Of a stretch of 64,000 nucleotides of DNA, positions 51,001 to 63,451 are shown in pieces. Positions within the stretch are counted from its first letter, which is position 1. Each line of letters opens with the position of its first letter. Location: NCBI GenBank assembly GCA_964016885.1, contig OZ024756.1, forward strand, positions 25,916,001 to 25,980,000. Direction: 5' to 3'. This DNA is from Eledone cirrhosa (lineage: Eukaryota). The notes under the pieces are model-generated. The model saw nothing but the letters and a program-made list of their open reading frames with translations, was not told where the DNA came from and did not search any database. The translations under genes were made by a program, and so were the position numbers.

Positions 51001-52740
51001 GGAAATGGTCGTGCTCGGTGTGTAGGAAAGGCGTAGGTAGAAACTCCATTTTATGTCCTAAATGCAAAGTATGGGTGCATAAAAGATGTAGTGGGATCAC
51101 AGGTAGGCTAACTAAGAACATAGATTTTACATGTGGCCGGTGCTCTGGTGCAATAAGTAGCAGCAAGTGCCCACAAACTACTAGCTCTTTCAATTGCGCA
51201 GAGGGTTCTATAGAAATAGTGGACAGCTTCCGTTACCTGGGCGATAAAATCAGCAGTGGGGGAGGGTGCTCTGAAAGTACTGTAGCTAGAGTCAGAACTG
51301 GTTGGAAAAAGTTCAGAGAGCTTATACCACTATTAGCTGCTAAAGGGTTCTCACTAAAAATGAAAGGCAGGTTGTACGATGCCTGCATACGAACAGCAAT
51401 GCTGCATGGCAGTGAGACCTGGGCATTGTGTGCAGAGGATATACGCAGACTAGAGAGGAACGAAGCTTGCATGCTCCACTGGATGTGTAACAGTAATATA
51501 CGTGAACGGCAAAGCATAAACGAACTAAGGAAAAAATTAGAGATAAGAGGGATCAGATGTTGTTTACTCGAGAGAAGGCTACGTTGGTATGGACACGTGA
51601 TGCGCATGAAAGTCGATAGCTGTATAACAAAGTGCAGGGCAATAAAGATAGACGGTAGTCACGGAATAGGCAGACCTAGAAAAACCTGGGACGAGCTGAT
51701 AAACTCCGACATCACACACTTACACCTCTCCAAGACAATGTCACTGGACCGAGACCTTTGGCGGTACTCAGTAACAGAGAAGACCCGCCTTACCTAAATA
51801 TATAGTAAAACCTACTCCAGCCAGTAGGCATCTCTAACAAATACACCCCGTCCCACCACCCCCACCCGATCCACACCACCCCGTTCTATGTAAAGTTATG
51901 TTGGTGCCGCGCCATCGAGGCCGAAACAAATGAGATCGTGTAGGTGTCACGACAAAAAAACACACAGTCCACGCTGTAATGTGGCCGTGTAGGCAACACG
52001 GTAAAAACCTCCCAGACCCACACTGTAAATGTGGTTGGTGTTAGGAAGGGCATCCAACTGTAGAAAACCTGCCAGACAGTCCTATGCGAGCAAGACAATC
52101 ACTCTTGCCTCAAGTGGGACTACCCCCGTCCAAACCCATGCAAGCGTGGAACACGGACGTTAAACGTTGATGATGATGATGATGATGATATATATAATAT
52201 AATATATATACATAATATATATATATAATATAATATATATATAATATATATTTATTAAAATAACAGATTAAAGTTTAAGCAAAGAATCGCTGCTTTCACC
52301 CTTAACGCGATCTTCTAAAACTAAATATTTGCTCTACGGTTCTTATATATCTGATATATATTTATCCTTATCGAGTCCTCTTTGGATTTTAGTCTTCAAA
52401 TTTATTATTATTACTATATATATATATATAATATATAATATAATATAATATATATATAATATAATATAATATAATATATATATATAATATAATATATATA
52501 TATAATATAATATATATAGTATATATATATATAATATATATATAATATAATATAGATATATAATACCCATGCTAGCGTGGAAGATGGACATTAAACGAAG
52601 ATGATGATGATATAATATAATTATAATATATATATAATATAATATATATATAATTATATATATAATATAATATATATATAATTATATATATAATATAATA
52701 TATATATAATTATATATATAATATAATATATATATAATAT

Positions 52741-52790
<50 letters not shown>

Positions 52791-53039
52791 TATATATATA
52801 TATATATATAAATAATATATATATATAATATACATAATAGGTGTAGGTGTCACGACAAAAAAACACACAGTCCAGGCTGTAAACGTGGTTGGTGTTAGGA
52901 AGGGCATCCAGCCGTAGAAAACCCACCAGACAGTCCTATGCGAGCAAGGCAACCACTCTTGCCTCAAGTTGGAAAACTCCCGTCCAAACCCATGCAAGCG
53001 TGGAAGATGGACGTTAAACGATGATGATGATATATAATA

Positions 53040-53073
<34 letters not shown>

Positions 53074-56000
53074 TCATATATACATATCTATATATACTCT
53101 TAAAAGTTCAAGGTGACTGAAGCCATGTTACATGTATATGTACAAATGTTGCAATAAACCCTCCAAGAGGAGGAGAAAAAGGGAAGAGGAAGATATCGGT
53201 TGTTAACTTACCAAAGATGAGAAGACCATGATTCCATTGTCTTTGATGATGTTATTACTGCGGTACTGGTTGTCACCACTAAGTGAGAGCAACACTGATG
53301 ATAAATAGTTGTTGTTCTCATCAACAACCTGTTAATGGAAAGTAAATCAACATCATTATTATTATCTGTGTGTTTGTATGTTTATATCACTTGTGTGAGT
53401 GAGAGCGAAGGAACCAACCAACCAACCAACCAACAAACATCTCTTTTTTTTTATATTATGTATAGATATTACAATTAGCCATCATTTTTTATGGCACAGG
53501 GCCAGATAATAATAATTGTTTCTACGTTAGGCACAAGGCCAACAATTACCCAGTGCATTACTGGTACTTTATTTTATCGACCCCGTAAGGATGAAAGGCA
53601 AAGTTAACCTCGGCGGGATTTGAACTCAGAATGGCAAGGGCCGTAACTCTATACGCCATGCTTTGACGCATAGAGTTACGGCCCTTGCTCTCACTCACAC
53701 AAGTAATATAAACATACAAACACACAGGTGTGATGAATCTTAGAACGCTGGACTTCTAGTTTCTCACTCCCTCCTTTCTCTGTCATTACATAGATGTGTG
53801 CATTAGACACTCCTTCCTTCCCCAGTCGACGTTATCACACCTTCCTTCCCCAGTTGACGTTATCACACCTTCCTTCCCCAGTCGACGTTATCACACCTTC
53901 CTTCCTCAGTCGACGTTATCACACCTTCCTTCCTCAGTCGATGTTATCACCCCTTCCTTCCTCAGTCGATGTTATCACCCCTTCCTTCCTCAGTCGATGT
54001 TATCACCCCTTCCTTCCTCAGTCGATGTTATCACCCCTTCCTTCCACAGTCGATGTTATCACCCCTTCCTTCCTCAGTCGATGTTATCACCCCTTCCTTC
54101 CACAGTCGATGTTATCACCCCTTCCTTCCTCAGTCGATGTTATCACCCCTTCCTTCCACAGTCGACGTTATAACCCCTTCCTTCCTCAGTCGATGTTATC
54201 ACCCCTTCCTTCCTCAGTCGATGTTATCACCCCTTCCTTCCTCAGTCGATGTTATCACACCTTCCTTCCTCAGTCGATCTTATCACCCCTTCCTTCCTCA
54301 GTCGATCTTATCACCCCTTCCTTCCCCAGTTGACGTTATCACACCTTTCTTCTTCAGTCATCTCCAGTGTGTGATGGACAAATAAACAAGGTTTTTATAT
54401 ATTAGCAGATAATTATTTTGTGCGTTATCACTGCATCAGTGTCTAAGCATTGCTAGTTTGTGGGTTTATGTCGAACATCTGTGTCGTGTGTAGGACGAAT
54501 CTCACTATCAATTTAAATGTTACCAATGTCAACGTTGCCTTTCATCTTTCTGAGGTCAATAAAATAAAGTACCACTTAAGTACTGGGATTAATGTAATCA
54601 ACCTTCCCTACCCCTCAAAATTGCTGGCCTTGTGCCTAAATTAGACATTTTATTATCATTATTATTATTACTACTAATAGCAGAAAAACTGCCCAGAGGG
54701 AGATTCTTCCTCTATTGTTTAACCACCATCATTTCTACCTATATTATCACACTACATACAACATATACTATAACACTATACCACATCCAACACCACAACC
54801 TATACTATAACCTACTACAGCACACCAACACTTTAACACACTACACTTTCCCCAACACTACAACATATACTATAACATACTAACTACACCTCCCCCAACA
54901 CTACACTTCCCTCAACACTACAACCTATACTATAACACACTATACTTACCGTGACTGATATTTCTCCAAGCTGAAGGGCTTTAAAATTGTTGGGATTCTG
55001 TAGATCTTTGGTCAACACGTAACCAGGCTTGGATGCTTCCACACTGTATAGTTTATCTCCATGGAGTGGTCCAAGGCTGCACAATAGAAGCAGAAGAGAA
55101 TCACTGACATAATAATATTGTATGTGTGTGTGTGTGTTAATGTGTTTTAACCCTTTAGCATTTACATTACTCTATATTTACTATTGTATTTTCACAGTAA
55201 AGGCTTTATCTCACATAATATCGAATCTATGAGATATTGATATTATTTATTTTGAGAACACCACCTTCACATAAGTATGAGCGGCTAGTTACGGCCGGTT
55301 TGAACAAAAAAAGGGTGAGAGAATTCTGGCTGGATAAAAAGCAAAGACAGCCCCCCCCCCTCCCTTTGGTCACAAATGACCATGGGATTTGTACCTAGAA
55401 AGTTCCCCTCCGAGGCACAAGTCTGGACAAAGTTGTTTGAGGAAGACCAGCAGTCGCCCATGCATACCAGCCTCGCCTCACCATGCCACCGATGTTGTTC
55501 AAGGGAAAAGCAAATGCCAATAAGCTTGGCACTAGTGACGTTGCAACTCATTTCTACAACTGAGTGAACTGGAGCAACGTGATATAAAGTGTCTTGCTCA
55601 AGAACACAACGCAATGCCTGGTCCAAGAATCGAACCCACAACCTCATGACTGTAAGCCCGATTCTCTAACCATTAAGCCATGCACTTTCTGGCTGGATAC
55701 AGCTGGTTTAGATGCTAAAGGGTTTATGAATGTTGATATAACACACTGTGTCATGCTGAATCTCTTTGAAAATCATGTTATAGGTACACGTGTATGTAGC
55801 ATACTCAGCCACATACAGAAATTAATGAGCAGGCTGCTCCATTACCTGAACAATCAGAACAGTAACTATAAGAAGCAACAGACATTGATGTTGCATATAA
55901 CATGTATATCTGGTTTAGACTAGATACACTATATCCCTGCATGTAAAAAAAAGCTACAAGGGTTTGTCAAAAAGGGTATCCAGATGTAAAACATTGCCTT

Positions 56001-59000
56001 AAAAAGTCTCATTCAACTCATATGTGCGTATGTGCACTTTTTGTTGTGGCACCAGCACTACTCATGGCACCATATATAGAGGATAGGTTATTTTATAAAT
56101 ACTCTCCTCTATAATCCCTTAACAAAGTGGTTGGCTGCATTACAGCTGTATGATCACAAGATACCACACACAAGATACCACACACATACAGAAGAGAAAA
56201 AAAAATGTACATTACCGATACTCTCCTTTCTCATCCGTTAACAAAGTGGTTGGTAACATTGTAGCTGTATCATCACAAGATACCACAACATTGACACCTT
56301 GCAGAGCTGGTTCTATCTTGCCTGTGATAAATATTCCAACTTTACCAACAAAATGGGACACTTCACCAGGACAACTTTCTGCAATAGAGAAACCATGAAA
56401 CATGTCATTTCAGATGGATGGATGGACAACAGAACATGTCATTCCAGTATAAACAGAGGGAGCATACACAGATAGATGGACATTAGGATGAACAAGTTAT
56501 GTACATAGACATCGTGTTTATGTTGATATAGAGTGTGAAATTTACTGGTAGAACTTATTTTTGCCAGCTGAATGGATTGGATCAATGTGAAATAAAGTGT
56601 CTTGCTCAAAGATACAATGCACTCTTATGAATCGAACCACGATCTTTACAGAGAAATTCACACAAATAGAACATCAGGTCTAGAGAAAAAGGTGAACAAG
56701 GGTTGATAGATGAAACAAGAGAAGCCACCAAGACTGGGGCAGTGTAGCAGGGACAAGAAAGAAATATATATATATATATATATAGTAATAATAAAATTGA
56801 AGACTAAAATCCAAAGAGGGCTCGATAAGGAAAATATATATCAAATATATAAGAACCGTAGAGCAAATATTTATTAAAATAACAGATTAAAGTTTAAGCA
56901 AAGAATCGCTGCTTTCACCCTTAACGTTAAGGGTGAAAGCAGCGATTCTTTGCTTAAACTTTAATCTGTTATTTTAATAAATATATATATATATATATAA
57001 AGGTCAAAAGTGAACAGATAGATAGGTGAAAAGTGATAGATAGGAGAGTGTCATTATTGTCTCTCCTGGCAGAGAAGTGAAGAGTGTAAGAGATAATTAC
57101 CTCCCTGGATAGTGACTTCCATCTGGTTAGGAGAGAATAACAACACATCAGATGCTACCTGAATGTCCAGATGTTCATTGTTTCTGCAATGAAACATTTA
57201 CTGATGTATAGTCAACTGTTTAATACTGTGTCATAGTGTACTGTAACTGAACTGTGTCACACAGTACATATACACACCACTGCACATGCACACACACACT
57301 CACATGCAGGCACAAACTGAGATACATACATACACTCACACAATACAAATACATACAAACACACACTCTTATAGAAACTGAGATACATATACACAATAAA
57401 GATACACACAGCTATATACAGACGCAATCTCAACACACATATACAGAAGAAAAAAAGCCTAAACATACTTGGCCCAATAGGAGAAGTGGTATTTAAAGCT
57501 GGTCTGGTCCAGTTGTGAGCTGGCGTCTGAGTCTGAAGTCACACCATCCACAGACTGTTTCTCTGGAGGGTTGTCACACTCAAGTGGGCCCAGGACTATT
57601 GGAGTTTTAGAGAGGGATGACCTGGAAGAAAAAAAAACACTGAGTTAGAGAATATCTAACAGATTAACCCTTTAGCATTTACATTACTCTATATATACTA
57701 TTGTATATTTGTAGTAAAGGTTTTATCTTATATAATTATCGCACATAATATTGAATCTGTGAGATTTTGATGTTATATATTTTGAAAACAATACCTTAAT
57801 GTCAGTATGAATGCCCAGTTACAGCCAGTTTGAACAGAGAGGTGAGGGAATTCTAGCCGGATACAGCCGGTTTAAATGCTAAAGGGTTAATAAACCCCAT
57901 CCACACATGGCCATGCAGCCACATAGCTTCACCCAAATCCACACAGCCATACCTACATGGCATTCCAATATATCTGCCCCAACTCCAAAATACTAGAACC
58001 CCACCTTTCACAACCAACATAGCCACAACTCAACACACACACAGGCACACCCAACATACACAACCAGATGTCACCCCTGACACCAACACTTTTAGTCACT
58101 TTTTGTATGTATGTGTACTCCAGTTGTTACAGCTCACACCACACCTATGTACACTTAGCTTGTCTCGAACGAAGTTGCATATCATAGGAGGTTTCTTGGA
58201 TGCTTAACGATGGGATTCCACAGTTCTGTCATGTAAACATTTTTCTGGTGACAGGAGACAGGATTTGACCACAGAGCAAAGAGCCAGACCTATTTCTACA
58301 CCCTAACAAGTTTGCTATTTTATTTTTGTTTTTTCTTGCTAGGTCTGGTAGAAGAAGCTTTGCCCGTGACTTTGCAGGGCCCCTCTGACTGATGGGATTG
58401 GTGTTAGATCGACTTCAGCAGGAAATACATGCACGGAGAGAGAACTCCAGAAAGATGACATTCTAAGGAAAAAGGACTGGGTGTAGTGGTTAGTGCAGAG
58501 TTTGAGGAGATATATTTGGGGGAATTAAACAAGTATGAACTGTACCTCAATGTTACCATGATGGTTTTGTCAAGTTTTTCTGTTGTAATAACACCAACCA
58601 TTTTGTGTTTGACTGCAGTTAGACTGAGAACAACTGGATGAGATCTGTAAAACAGACAGTACATGATAGACTGAGAACAACTGAATGGGAGCTGTCAAAC
58701 AGGCATTATATGATAGTTAGACCCTGATACTTTCAGTCATATACACACATGCATTCAACATATATATATATATATAATACACAAAGACTGAAAACATGAC
58801 ACAAAAGTAATAAATACAGCATAGTATTCAATATAAAAATATATATGAAGACAGTACTAACGTGTCGTAGGTGTAGATATCTTTCTCAAATCTATGACAA
58901 GAGTCTGTGGTAAGACGATAGACACCAGGTTGGGAAAGACAGAATCTGTTGGTGCCTTTCTTTAAGGCAAAAGAACCAACACTGCCTTTGTTTTCATGGG

Positions 59001-61064
59001 CAAAATTCTACAAAAATAAAAGTTAAGACAAGTCAATCATATAGTAGCAACTTGAAATGGTTCAGTGATAAGGAGAATATCTGTGAGAAAGGAGGACAAA
59101 TAATGAATTGCAGAGGGTTATGTGAATAGAAGCAGTGATGATTAGTATGAAGAGAAATAGAATGAGATGGCTGGTTCATGTGATGAATGGTGTGAAGTGA
59201 AATGGAATGAGATGGCTAGGTCATGTGTTAAAGCGAGAGGAATGTAGCCTGTGATGAATGGTGTGAAGAGAAATAGAATGCGGTGACTGGATCATGTATT
59301 AAAGGAGGATGAAAGTGACTGGGTGAGAGGAATAGAGTCAGTGATGAATGCCAGCTTGACCAGGGCTGAACTGAAGCTAAACAACAACAAACACCCATCT
59401 GAAACCAATGAGAGAAAGGTATCTACTGAGTTATGCAAGGTATCTATGAAGTACCCATCTAGTGAAGCCCCCAGCCCACACTGTAAAGTGGTCGTGATGG
59501 TGACATAGCAAAAAGTGCCCAGCCCACACTGTAAAGTGGTTATGTAGGTGTCATGACAAAAAGCACCCATTCCACACTGTAAAGATGTCGTGCTGGTGAC
59601 AACAAAAAAGCACCCAGTCCACACTGTAAAGGGGTCGTGCTGGTGACACAACAAAAAAGCACCCAGTCCACACTGTAAAGGGGTCGTGCTGGTGACACAA
59701 CAAAAAAGCACCCAGTCCACACTGTAAAGGGGTCGTGATGGTGACAACAAAAAAGCACCCAGACCATACTATAAGTGGTTGTGTAGGTGTCATGACAAAA
59801 AGTACCCAGTCCACACTGTAAAGTGGTCGTGTAGGTATCATGACAAAAAGCACCCAGTACTCACTGTAAATGAGGTTGGTGTTAGGAAGGGCATCCAGCT
59901 GTAGAAACCAAGCCAAAATCAGTTCTGTATGCACAAGACATGGTCACCTGACCTAGCATTGCCCACAACAGGACAACCCGTCTAACCCATGCTAGTGTGG
60001 AAAAATTTATGTAAAACAGTGATGATGATGATAATAGTTAATTTAATATGTTAGAAATAACAGTGAAATCTCAAATTACACAAAAAATAAACAAGATCAA
60101 AGAAACAAAGTATACAAACCAGAGTAATTTCATGAGAAAGTCCACATTTCAATATGAAGCCAGTCTGGGAAAACTCCAGTCCCGATACATCTTTATTGGT
60201 GATCTCTATCTCCTGGGATTTCTCCTTCCAACACCAGTTATCTTGTAAAGGGGTCACTAATTATCATAATACATAGAGAGAGGGAGAGAGATTAACCTTT
60301 TTGGTACCATATCTACATACATAAAAATGAAAATGTCTGTCTGTCTGTGTATGCAGGCGATGCATTTTCAGTTTCCATCCGATTTTGTTCAAATTTGATA
60401 CATAGGTTATTTAGCTGCTGGGGCATGTCAACATATAGTTTAAATCTTGCTCTACCCTAAAATAGAGTTATGGGGCTATTTAAAGACAACCATGTTGAGG
60501 AGAGAGGGGGTCTTTATTTACAGTGGCGAAAGGTGTGCCCGGCAAAAATGGGCTCTTTTGCTAGTTTCTAATACTCAAATAGTTATGAAAATAATCAAGA
60601 ATTTGGAGGGAATTAGTAATACAAGTAACTTTCCCATTATTGAATTGGTGTTTGGAACATAAAAAAAAAATATGTGCTTCAACATTCTCTTACCTTTATA
60701 TTTGCCAGGTATGATGTTCTCAAATTCAAAACTGGCTTTTTTGGGTGAATCTTTTAGCTGGAAAATTGAAAAGATGATGACATTAAACATTATTTGGGCT
60801 CATATAACACACACACACAATGTGTATGTGTGTGTGTGTGTGTGTATATATATACACACACAACCATACACAGTTCCACACTGCAAATGTAGTTAGTGTT
60901 TGGAAGGGCATCCAGCTGTAAAATACCCGGCCAAATTTACAGTCGCTGGAGCAAAGTGTGACATGGCCAACGCTGGCCAGACTTGCCTCCCGGCATATGG
61001 ATGACCCGTCTAATCCATGCAAGCATGGACGCTAAATGGTGATGATATATATACACAAACACAC

Positions 61065-61115
<51 letters not shown>

Positions 61116-63451
61116 CACACTTGAGCATAAATAGAATGCAGGAATATAAGTAAGCAAGATGCAGGCTTCCCCCGATCCATCAGAGAGGTCAGTAACTCCA
61201 CTTGTGTACAGTCTCAGTTAGTGATGACTTGTTTTAAAGACAGTAAGGAGTCATTTATTAAAAGTCAACATATACAGTAAGGACCAAGCAAATACATATG
61301 AAGTTATGTATTAAGGGATGATATATACAGTAAGGACCAAGTCTGTACATACACTGAGTGCCAGGTAACTACTGAATTCTCCTCAAGTTTCTCTATTGAC
61401 ATCAACCACTGAGCTGTGAAGTATAACTGGTATCAGACAGAAGCAATAAAAGTAGTAATGTGTCGTTGGAGACAACAGAAGGGTTATAACAATGTTGGAA
61501 CCCGTCTCTTGATGGTAACTATGTTGTCCACACTTTCAATGGACCAGCAGGATTACAACATTACAACATCAAATATAGAACTTTCAAGAATCTCTTTGAG
61601 ATGAACCAAAGCCATACTTACCATAATCACTTTCTTGTCTTCGATCATGCTGGCTGGATCCAGTGATAATCCTATTGTGCCACAGTTTTCTGAAACAAGG
61701 ATCAGCTGAGTTAAACAATGGTTAATAGTGATCCATGGCGACGAGACATGTTAAACATGGACAATCAGTGTCAAACATGTACTATCACTGTCAAACATTG
61801 ATTAGCAGTGTCAAACATAGACTAGCTGCATCAAACATAAGCTAGCAGCGTCAAACATGGACCAGCAGTATCAAGCATTGACTGGCTTTCAGACATGGGC
61901 CATCAGTGTCAAGCATTGACTGGCTGTCAAACATAGACCAGCAGTGGTCAATTTTGCAGAGCCATTAGAGTGCAGCTGTAGTATATGTGTGTGTGTGTGG
62001 AAGATAAGATAAAAGTCACTCACCAATACAAGTAATAACACCAGATACTTTGGCACGGAACTGGGAAAAGAGAACATCTTTAACAGGTTGATTGGTGACT
62101 GAAACAAGTGTCTCACTTGGATACATGTGGAGCCCTGCCTTGATTTCCTGGGAACTTAGGAAAATCTAGAATAACAATAAATAAGATTATTATTATCATT
62201 ATCAGTAGATTGGCAGTATCAATACAGCGTTGGACATGCTTTATGGCACAGAGTTACGGCACTTTACATTCCGAGTTCAAATCCCACCAGGTTAGCTTTG
62301 CCTTTCATCCCTACAGGATCGATAAAATAATTACCAGTATGTACTGGGGTCGATTTAATCAACTTTCCCCTCCCGCTAAATTTGTTGACCTTGTGCCTAA
62401 ACCAGAAATCATCGTTATTTGCTTTGTAGCATTTAGTTACTGTCCTTTATGTTCTGAATTCAAATCCTGCTGAAGTCAACTTTGCCTTTCATCCATTCAG
62501 GATTGATAAAATTAAGTACCAGTCATGTAATGGGGTTGATATAATTACTTTTCCTTTCCCACCAATATTGCTGGACGAGCCAAAATTAGAAATTATTATT
62601 GTCAGAATTGGTAGAGCGTTGGCCACTTTTGTGGCATAGATTTATGGCCCTTTATGTTTTGAGTACAAATCCCGCCGAGGTTAGTTTTGCCTTTCATCCT
62701 TACGGGGTCGATAAAATATAGTACCAGTAATACACTGAGTTAATTGTTGGCCTTGTGCCTATAGTAGAAATCATTATTATTATAATAACAGACAACAACA
62801 ATAATGACACAATCAACAAAGATCAATAAGTTCCCATCCCCTCTACCCAATCCCACCAACCAAATAACAAGTAGCTGTCCATCTCAACTATAAAAAAAAA
62901 AAACAATATTAGTGAGCCTAGTTAAAAAAAATAATTGACCAACACAGATTTCATGAAAAGTAGCCAACCCAGATTTCATGGAAACTCACCAACACAGATT
63001 TCATGAAAAGTAGCCAACCCAGATTTCATGGAAACTCACCAACACAGATTTCATGAAAAGTATCCAACCCAGATTTCATGGAAACTCACCAACACACATT
63101 TCATAGAAAGTGACCAACCAAAATGTCATGAAAACTGGCTAACCCGAATTTCATGAAAACTGGCCAACCCAAGTGCCAAGAAAACTGGTCAACCCAAATG
63201 TCATGAAAACTGACCGTCTCAGATTTCACGAACAAGAAGAAACAAAAATAACAAATAAAACCAGAAATACCTTGAAAATATATTTTCCTGGTTCAAGCAT
63301 TGCACAGAAGTGTCCCTGCATATCCGTGTCTACGGTTAGTACTTTGAAATTGGCCTTGTTTTCAGTGGAAACCACCACTTGACGCTGATAAACCATGTGG
63401 TCAAGGCCTTTAGGGATTTCATCAATATTCACTTTACCACACACACTGAAC
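45089..63451 (-). CDS. NOMO1: Nodal modulator (NOMO, BOS complex subunit); 3' 20 exons, about 811 C-terminal aa, 5' part outside window
   Basis: GT-AG, phase-compatible exons in transcript order: 63451-63271, 62165-62024, 61689-61622, 60757-60694, 60256-60120, 59007-58862, 58644-58546, 57621-57469, 57183-57101, 56378-56216, 55076-54950, 53328-53212, 49289-49162, 48837-48696, 48052-47969, 47382-47269, 47150-47049, 46843-46724, 46156-46043, 45241-45089. Motifs: FSVCGKV, FENIIPGKYK, DNWCW, SPGRYFLRPMMKEYRFEP, CYGRVSSLNGEPE, a TM helix (SFLLLPFALLVLGAIYM) and a basic tail KRRFKSRKSD. Confidence 0.93.
46240..46528. mobile_element. Tc1/mariner (pogo/Tigger-like) MITE
   Basis: TA-CAGTGTACCCCTGGCATTCGTGG...CCACGAATACCTGGGGACAACTG-TA: imperfect 23-bp TIRs and TA TSD. 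Confidence 0.8.
47712..47957. mobile_element. Older piggyBac-like MITE family 2, representative
   Basis: Ends ...CATTAGAAATATGGTAACAAGGG-TTAA. Related copies at about 1848-2090, 2100-2630, 14745, 17070-17650, 23072, 28270-28870, 31600-31835. Confidence 0.65.
49630..49800 (+). mobile_element. tRNA-derived SINE family A (Meta/Sauria-like central domain), representative copy
   Basis: A-box TGGCAGTATCGG, B-box GAGTTCAAATCC, core GCCTTTCATCCTTACGGGGTCGATAAAATAAAGTACCAG. Other copies at about 7300(+), 7500(-), 24575(+), 24745(+), 27415(-), 27635(-), 29625(+), 29855(-), 41120(-), 46885(-), 53515(-), 54510(+), 62205-62775(+, three). Confidence 0.8.
49840..50045 (+). mobile_element. Short RTE 3'-tail copy (truncated LINE or LINE-dependent SINE), representative
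   Basis: GTTAGGAAGGGCATCCAG...CCCATGCTAGCGTGGAA...(GAT)n, same layout as the 3' UTR of 50296-52190. Copies at about 403-600(-), 11055-11200, 30630-30980(-), 37615-37770(-), 50065-50190, 52840-53030, 59460-60030, 60875-61045, 63700-64000. Confidence 0.75.
50296..52190 (+). mobile_element. 5'-truncated RTE-clade LINE with open RT ORF, PHD-like finger, 3' UTR and (GAT)n tail, antisense in a NOMO intron
   Basis: ORF open to 51797: SNYRGIKL, QFGF, AFVDLEKAFDRV, GVHQGSVLSP, LYADD, FRYLG, LRWYGHVMR, GRPRKTW. No endonuclease domain (truncated). Confidence 0.92.
52190..52835. repeat. AT-only (TA/TAA)n tract with embedded element fragments
   Basis: Near-pure A/T. Other long (TA)n tracts at about 15915-15980, 18082-18150, 35557-35597 and 38432-38471. 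Confidence 0.9.
53810..54358. repeat. 28-bp tandem repeat, about 19 copies
   Basis: CAGTCGATGTTATCACCCCTTCCTTCCT. Confidence 0.93.
55337..55686 (-). mobile_element. tRNA-derived SINE family B, apparently full length, 13-bp TSD, nested in a MITE
   Basis: Minus strand TGGCTTAATGG...GGTTCGATTC boxes; TSD TTCTGGCTGGATA at 55324-55336 and 55687-55699. Partial copies at about 17945, 25030, 37790, 56550. Confidence 0.8.
56867..56984. repeat. Perfect 118-bp palindrome with no spacer
   Basis: 59-bp arms centred on TTAAC|GTTAA at 56925/56926. Confidence 0.95.
57666..57890 (+). mobile_element. piggyBac-like MITE family 1 (about 220 bp), representative
   Basis: TTAA-CCCTTTAGCATTTA...TAAATGCTAAAGGG-TTAA: CCC-starting TIRs and TTAA TSD. 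Copies at 11520-11725, 17178-17404, 21526-21735, 22856-23070, 27088-27316(-), 55147-55724. Confidence 0.85.
60312..60565 (+). mobile_element. Non-autonomous Helitron-like element
   Basis: 5' TC start, (GTCT)n segment, subterminal GCCC...GGGC hairpin and CTAG-T 3' end. Confidence 0.6.
62935..63230. repeat. About 25-bp tandem repeat next to a NOMO donor site; a second degenerate array of about 21 bp at 61750-61945
   Basis: CCAACCCAGATTTCATGGAAACTCA-like units; TGTCAAACATGGACCAGCAG-like units. Confidence 0.8.

Noticed and set aside
53794-54385. Three overlapping repetitive ORFs, or a CRISPR-like array
   Set aside because: 28-bp head-to-tail minisatellite with no unique spacers, in eukaryotic intron context.
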